A stretch of 64,000 nt of DNA from an archaeon (GTDB taxonomy: Archaea; Asgardarchaeota; Thorarchaeia; Thorarchaeales; Thorarchaeaceae): NCBI GenBank assembly GCA_024276825.1, contig JAJRWI010000037.1, positions 28,786-92,785 on the forward strand. The letters run 5' to 3'. The notes beneath the pieces were generated by a model that was not told the origin of the DNA, made no database searches, and saw only the letters and a list, made by a program, of their open reading frames with translations. Every line of letters starts with the position of its first letter. Position 1 is the first letter of the stretch. This document shows, in pieces, positions 58,907 through 64,000 of the stretch. The position numbers and the translations under genes are program-made.

Positions 58907-60178
58907 TTATGTCTTTGCTCTGATCGACTTGAGCACAAATGTCAGAATCACTGCGACGACTGCAAGGATACCACTGACGAGGAATGCCATGTAATATCCA
59001 TAGACTTGGCCAAAGGTACCAACTACCAGCGCACCGATGAGGCCTGCAATACCATATGCAGTGAAGACAACACCATAGTTCTTGCCAACATTCTCAGTCC
59101 CGAAGTAGTCTGCAGTGGCAGATGGGAACAGTGCAAAATTACCACCGAAGCAGAACCCTATGGTTGAGGCAATGACAGTGATTACAATCCATGATGTTCC
59201 CACTGGAATGAAGGCAAATGCAAACATTGCAATGGCAAGAATTAAGAACATCAGGGCGAAAGTGGAGGTCCTTCCAATCTTGTCAGAAACCTTGCCCCAA
59301 ACAATTCTGCCAGCGGCATTGAATATTGACATGATTCCAGCGATTAAAGCACCCAATGCCAATGTTTCAACAATGGGATCAATCCCAATGGCTGCTGATA
59401 CCACATTTCCCAATGTCATCAGTCCTGCAGTGGCTGCCAGTATGAACATCAGCCAGAGCACCCAGAAACTGCCTGTCTTGATCATCTCGCTAGGCATCAC
59501 ACCAGTACCTGCACCATCAGCAGTTGTTGGGGGTGGGACGAACCCCTCTGGGAGCCAACCGGCAGGTGGGACCACAAGAAGCTGTGACCCAATGACCACA
59601 AAGATGAGATAGATGGCACCTAGGATTATCAATGGGTAACCTATGTATCCCTCATAGAATGCAATAAGGTACTGCTCCACATAGTTAAAGATAAGAGCAC
59701 CCCCCCCAAATCCTGCGACTGCTACTCCAGTCATCAGACCTTTCTTATCGGGATACCATTTCACGAGTGCCGCAATTGGGCAGACATAGGCAAAACCAAT
59801 TCCAGCACCTCCAATGACTCCATAGGTCAGCACAAGATAGAGTGTACCTTGAATCATATCTAGTCCGAGAGTGTCAACAAATCCTGCCATTGCAACTCCT
59901 AGACCTAGAAGAATGCCGCCCACGGTTGCCACTTTGCGGGGCCCAACACGGTCCTGCCAACGACCTGCAAAGATCATGAATAGTGCAAATGATGCCAGTC
60001 CAGCCGCAAAGGGCAGATTGGACAAAAGTTTGTCCCAACCATATAATCCACCCTCGGAGGTTGATTTGTATAAGGCTTTTTGGAATATGCTCCACGCATA
60101 GATGGAGCCCAAGCACAATTGAACAATAATTGCGCCCACCACAACTAAGCCCCTATTTCCGATTTTCTCTTCTGTCAT
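58907..60178 (-). CDS. OFA-family (oxalate/formate antiporter-like) MFS transporter
   Basis: LGSIYAWS, GRWQDR.GPR, KWYPDKKGL..G...AGFG, GRI.WG.VSDKIGR; about 12 TM helices. Confidence 0.88.
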   Translation of the reverse strand: MTEEKIGNRGLVVVGAIIVQLCLGSIYAWSIFQKALYKSTSEGGLYGWDKLLSNLPFAAGLASFALFMIFAGRWQDRVGPRKVATVGGILLGLGVAMAGFVDTLGLDMIQGTLYLVLTYGVIGGAGIGFAYVCPIAALVKWYPDKKGLMTGVAVAGFGGGALIFNYVEQYLIAFYEGYIGYPLIILGAIYLIFVVIGSQLLVVPPAGWLPEGFVPPPTTADGAGTGVMPSEMIKTGSFWVLWLMFILAATAGLMTLGNVVSAAIGIDPIVETLALGALIAGIMSIFNAAGRIVWGKVSDKIGRTSTFALMFLILAIAMFAFAFIPVGTSWIVITVIASTIGFCFGGNFALFPSATADYFGTENVGKNYGVVFTAYGIAGLIGALVVGTFGQVYGYYMAFLVSGILAVVAVILTFVLKSIRAKT

Positions 60179-60702
60179 GGATATATCACCATTTATTCTC
60201 CTTTTGGATTGCAGGACAGGGTCATTGAGCCCAGCAATCCTATATCAGATTTTTTGGGTGAATACCACCCTGTTCAAGCCTGTCCAGAAAATTACCTCTC
60301 TAAAAGCCTTCCTGAATCTTCCTAGTTACCTGCAAACCTCAAGAATTAATATGATGGAAAAAATTGAGTGTAAGGCCCTGAATTATCAGGGCCCGCTATG
60401 AATTTAGAATGGCTCAGGTTGTGGGCCACCAGTTGGGGGATCATTTCTGTAATTCATTTTTATCAATGATTTATGCTTCAGAAAACCCCCTATTCCTCAC
60501 GAAACCTATCATACTCGCGTAGACCTGCAAAAATAGAAAATAATTGCAGAATCAAACACATATGGCTTTAATTATTGGTAGAGTTCTTAAGGAACCTTAT
60601 AGAATTATAAGACTGCATTTTCAAGCTTGTAGTTCCTTTGCCTGAAAAATGACGAGTATCAGATTGAATTAGAATTTGTTTTCCCATTAAATCAAACAAT
60701 GA

Positions 60703-60809
60703 TGGTGGGCCCGGCCGGATTTGAACCGGCGACATTTTGGCCACAACAGCGTATGCTATCATGTCCGCCTTATCAGAGCGGCGCAATAACCAGGCTATGC
60801 CACGGGCCC
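60703..60809 (-). tRNA. tRNA-Ile(GAT) with 29-nt intron at 43/44 (60736-60764)
   Basis: GGGCCCG acceptor, CCGCT-CTGATAA-GGCGG arm. The insert folds as a relaxed BHB; removal leaves the 5-nt variable loop ATGTC. Confidence 0.88.
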
Positions 60810-60872
60810 ATCATCGATGTAATCCCAATGATTTACGGGTTCAGTTCAAGATTGAAGTCGATAAAAACATTG

Positions 60873-61763
60873 CTACTTATGCGCCTCTGGAACTGCCCTT
60901 TGAATTCTGGTCAAAGACAAATCTGCCTCACTCTTTGATATTTCAAAGATGATGGGCTTGGAAAACTTGTCCTTATGCAGAAGTGAGATGAACTCTTTTA
61001 TTGGCATGTCACCCACTCCAAGTGCGACATGGTCTTTATGTAATGGAACGCCATTGCACTCCTCATAGCTGCCATCATGCAAGTGAATCTCAATGATTCT
61101 ATCATGATGCTTCTTGTAGAACTCTATTACTGACTCCTCACCCGAATACTTGGTCAAAAGATGTCCAGTATCAAAGCATATACCAACATTATACTCATCA
61201 ATCATCTCACGAGTGAGTGAGAATGGAAACTCCACATTCTCCACAGCCAAAAGGCGTGGGTCAATCTCTGAACCTGCAAGTATCTCTTCAATACTTGTTG
61301 AGGCATATGACAACATATAGCTGCTGATGATGTTTCTTATATTGACTGGAACATCAAGTCGTGAGAACTCTGCAGCAAGACTCCCCGTTGCATGATATAC
61401 ATATGCTTCTGGTTCAAGTTTCTCAGCTTGTTTGATTGCAGAGATTATTGTATTCACGGATGCAGAACGAATCTTATCATTAAATGATGCAGGTTCAACA
61501 GACCAAAGAGGGAGATGCACTGTATATGAATGTCCGAGCTCATCTTTTAGTTCGACTAGCTTCTCAATCTTGTCATCATCAAGAGAGTTGGGTAGAATAT
61601 ACTCAAGGTCCATGCTGACCTCAATCAATTCGTATCCTGCCTCAACACTCTCTCTGATTATATCAACAATGTTGAATCTACTAAAATCGGGAACACCACT
61701 GACCATAATCCTATCCAGAATAGGCCTGAACTCCAGAGGCATCAGTCCAAAACGCAGTCCCAT
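60873..61763 (-). CDS. AP-endonuclease-2 / xylose-isomerase-like TIM-barrel protein
   Basis: TVHLP, VEN, FDTGH, IHLHD, DH..LG.G, IFE metal ligands. Confidence 0.8.
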   Translation of the reverse strand: MGLRFGLMPLEFRPILDRIMVSGVPDFSRFNIVDIIRESVEAGYELIEVSMDLEYILPNSLDDDKIEKLVELKDELGHSYTVHLPLWSVEPASFNDKIRSASVNTIISAIKQAEKLEPEAYVYHATGSLAAEFSRLDVPVNIRNIISSYMLSYASTSIEEILAGSEIDPRLLAVENVEFPFSLTREMIDEYNVGICFDTGHLLTKYSGEESVIEFYKKHHDRIIEIHLHDGSYEECNGVPLHKDHVALGVGDMPIKEFISLLHKDKFSKPIIFEISKSEADLSLTRIQRAVPEAHK

Positions 61764-61794
61764 TGATCTCTCCTTCCTATGAGATAATGATATA

Positions 61795-62283
61795 TCATCG
61801 CCATGACTTTAGAGTCTTTAAATCATGTTGTTCAATTACAGGATCGACCTCTAGGACTTCTACTTTTAACATCTTGTCACCCTGCCTGATTTGTTTAACA
61901 ACCTCAAAGCCCTCGGTGACTCGACCAAAGACAGTGTGCCGCCCATCAAGATGCTTGCAATTGTTCTCATTAAGGACTATGAAGAACTGACTACCTCCAG
62001 TGTCCCTGCCAGCATGTGCCATCGACAGGGCCCCATTGACATGCTTTTGTCTGTGTCCCCTAGTTTCACATGGGATTGCATAGCCAGGACCCCCACTACC
62101 GGTGCCAGTTGGGTCTCCCCCCTGAACAACGAAGTCATCAACCACTCGATGAAAGGTGAGCCCATCATAATACCCCTTCTGGACCAATGTTATGAAGTTC
62201 TTCACGGTATTTATGGCATCATCATTCCACAGTTCAATCATGATAATGCCACGCTCAGTTTCCATTCGGATAATATTAGCCAT
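61795..62283 (-). CDS. Cyclophilin-type peptidyl-prolyl isomerase
   Basis: [40 protein letters not shown]. Confidence 0.95.
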   Translation of the reverse strand: MANIIRMETERGIIMIELWNDDAINTVKNFITLVQKGYYDGLTFHRVVDDFVVQGGDPTGTGSGGPGYAIPCETRGHRQKHVNGALSMAHAGRDTGGSQFFIVLNENNCKHLDGRHTVFGRVTEGFEVVKQIRQGDKMLKVEVLEVDPVIEQHDLKTLKSWR

Positions 62284-62400
62284 GTTTGAGATCTCCTCTT
62301 AACAGACCAATCTATCAATATGATAAAACTTCTGTGACTCCGCGATAATCATAATTTTCAACCAATATGACACTATTATAAACAACTCATCAATCAGGTA

Positions 62401-63615
62401 ATGCAGACAATGGTTCAATACAAGAGATATCAAGAGGGAAAGACAAGTTTCCTGACTGCAGATGTGGAGCTATACAGTGCTGAGAAGGGCCAGCCTACAG
62501 CAGACCTCCCAGTCTTCATGAACCCACGAATGCAGATCAACAGAGACCTCTCAGTACTGTTCCTTGCAGCTTACTTAAGAAAGGAAAACATCAAATTCAT
62601 CTGCGAACCATTGGCAGGGTCAGGAGTAAGAACACTCAGATATCTCAATGAGGTTCCAGGATCATTTCACGCGGTCATGTTTGACACAAACCCCTTGGCT
62701 ATAGAAACCGCCTTGATGAATATTGAGAATCTTGGGTTTCAGGAACGATGCAGGGTAATCCGTGGCGATGCAAGACTGCTGTTGTTGACGGAGTCCCGCG
62801 GAAAGAGGTTTGATTTTGTTGATATAGATCCATTTGGGTCTCCCGCACAGTTTCTAAATGCAGCTGTCCAATCACTACGACCAAAACGAAGCATTCTCGC
62901 AATGACTGCTACAGACATGCCAGCACTCTGTGGTGTTTGGCCAAAGGTCGCAATGAGAAAATATGGTGGATACTCGATAAGGGCGCCATTCACCCATGAG
63001 ATTGCAGTCAGATTATTGATCTCTCTTGCTTATCATGTTTCAGGCTTGAATGACAGGTCTATTGAACCTCTTGCCTCTTTGAGCACAGATCACTATGTCA
63101 GAATCTGGGTGCGGGTGCTCCCAACTAAGACAAAGTCAAACATACAATCCAAAGACATGGGATTCATCAGGTTCTGTCCAAATTGCATAGCGTATGATAT
63201 ACTCACAATCAAGGACATAGATGCTCACTATAGTTTTACTCATGCTATCACTGATTGTAAAGGACCAATCCGGATTGCTGGTCCTCTGTGGATAGGCCCC
63301 ATATTCTGCCCTGATTTTGTGAGAGATGCACACAGTCTGCTCACTGAGGATTGGGGGTTCCACCGAAAGTCGGGAAAAATAATCAATGCCATGGCAGAAG
63401 AGATTGACCTTATGGACTACCTCTACACCGACTTGCATGCTTTGTGTGATACCTATAACCTTGTGTCACCAAGAAAGAATGTGGTCATGGAAGAGTTAAT
63501 CAGAATTGGGTATAAAGCAACAAACACCCACTTTAGACCCACTGCTATTCGTACAGATGCTCCGGTGTCTGAAATTATACAGGTCCTGAAAACCCTCTCT
63601 GGAGATGATGACTGA
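62401..63615 (+). CDS. trm1: tRNA (guanine26-N2)-dimethyltransferase
   Basis: VF.NP.M..NRD.S, GSGVR, DIDPFGSP, TATD...LCG, GPLW.G, THF. Confidence 0.92.
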   Translation: MQTMVQYKRYQEGKTSFLTADVELYSAEKGQPTADLPVFMNPRMQINRDLSVLFLAAYLRKENIKFICEPLAGSGVRTLRYLNEVPGSFHAVMFDTNPLAIETALMNIENLGFQERCRVIRGDARLLLLTESRGKRFDFVDIDPFGSPAQFLNAAVQSLRPKRSILAMTATDMPALCGVWPKVAMRKYGGYSIRAPFTHEIAVRLLISLAYHVSGLNDRSIEPLASLSTDHYVRIWVRVLPTKTKSNIQSKDMGFIRFCPNCIAYDILTIKDIDAHYSFTHAITDCKGPIRIAGPLWIGPIFCPDFVRDAHSLLTEDWGFHRKSGKIINAMAEEIDLMDYLYTDLHALCDTYNLVSPRKNVVMEELIRIGYKATNTHFRPTAIRTDAPVSEIIQVLKTLSGDDD

Positions 63616-64000
63616 TGGGGCGTCCCAAGAAACCCCGAAGAAAGGAACACTACTATCTGGCTGCCAAGAAACATGGGTACAGAGCACGGAGTGCCTATAA
63701 ATTGCGCCAGATAATCAAAAAATACAGACTATTGAAGAGTGTCAACAAGGTGGTCGAACTGTGCTGTGCTCCTGGCGGATGGACCCAAGTGCTATTGGAG
63801 TTTGATCCAGGGCTCCAGATTGTTGCCGTGGACTTAAACATGATGGATCCCTTGCAAAATGTCAGGTTTATTCAGGGTGACATCACAGACCCTGAAGTGT
63901 TGAACGATATCGAACGTCTCACTGAGGGATCTGTTGAACTCGTGTTGTCTGATTGCTCACCAAAGGTCAGTGGGAATTGGGAACTGGATGCAATAAGACA
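63615..64000 (+). CDS. rlmE: 23S rRNA 2'-O-methyltransferase RlmE/FtsJ, 3' truncated by the window edge
   Basis: Not in the ORF track. Manual translation gives MGRPKKPRRKEHYYLAAKKHGYRARSAYKL...ELCCAPGGWTQ...GDI...SDCSP. Confidence 0.9.
   Translation, partial: MGRPKKPRRKEHYYLAAKKHGYRARSAYKLRQIIKKYRLLKSVNKVVELCCAPGGWTQVLLEFDPGLQIVAVDLNMMDPLQNVRFIQGDITDPEVLNDIERLTEGSVELVLSDCSPKVSGNWELDAIR

Noticed and set aside
58345-58938. Selenoprotein MvhD, or the 197-aa extended form
   Set aside because: All ligand positions are Cys codons with no in-frame TGA, and the N-terminal extension runs through the MFS terminator.
59115-59612. Long antisense ORFs (also 56696-57133, 54970-55527, 47742-48137, 58397-58783)
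   Set aside because: Shadow ORFs fully inside well-supported genes, with no motifs of their own.

Overview
Archaeal chromosomal window, most consistent with an Asgard archaeon, possibly Thorarchaeia (inferred from a tandem Roadblock protein beside an MglA-like GTPase, an Rpo8-like subunit, a GPN GTPase, HDAC and split LKR/SDH; not checked against a database). It is mostly housekeeping DNA: a replication cluster (cdc6, rfcL/S, GINS, MCM, Hel308), rpl15e-RNase P genes, pyrG-nurA-herA, and a NifX/MinD-ferredoxin cluster. There are 4 tRNAs, 3 of them with non-canonical BHB introns. Main unexplained features: (1) five dispersed, internally deleted IS607-derived mini-elements in three nested size classes that retain a covarying right-end hairpin and mostly sit just behind stop codons; (2) an ORB-containing, ATTCACA-repeat-rich candidate replication origin beside a wHTH gene, about 20 kb from cdc6; (3) a Roadblock x2 / DENN-like / GTPase operon; (4) an unannotated candidate C/D-box sRNA aimed at tRNA C34; (5) two genes each split by a single in-frame TAA; (6) a SufS-like protein lacking the PLP lysine; (7) a 436-nt antisense gene overlap.
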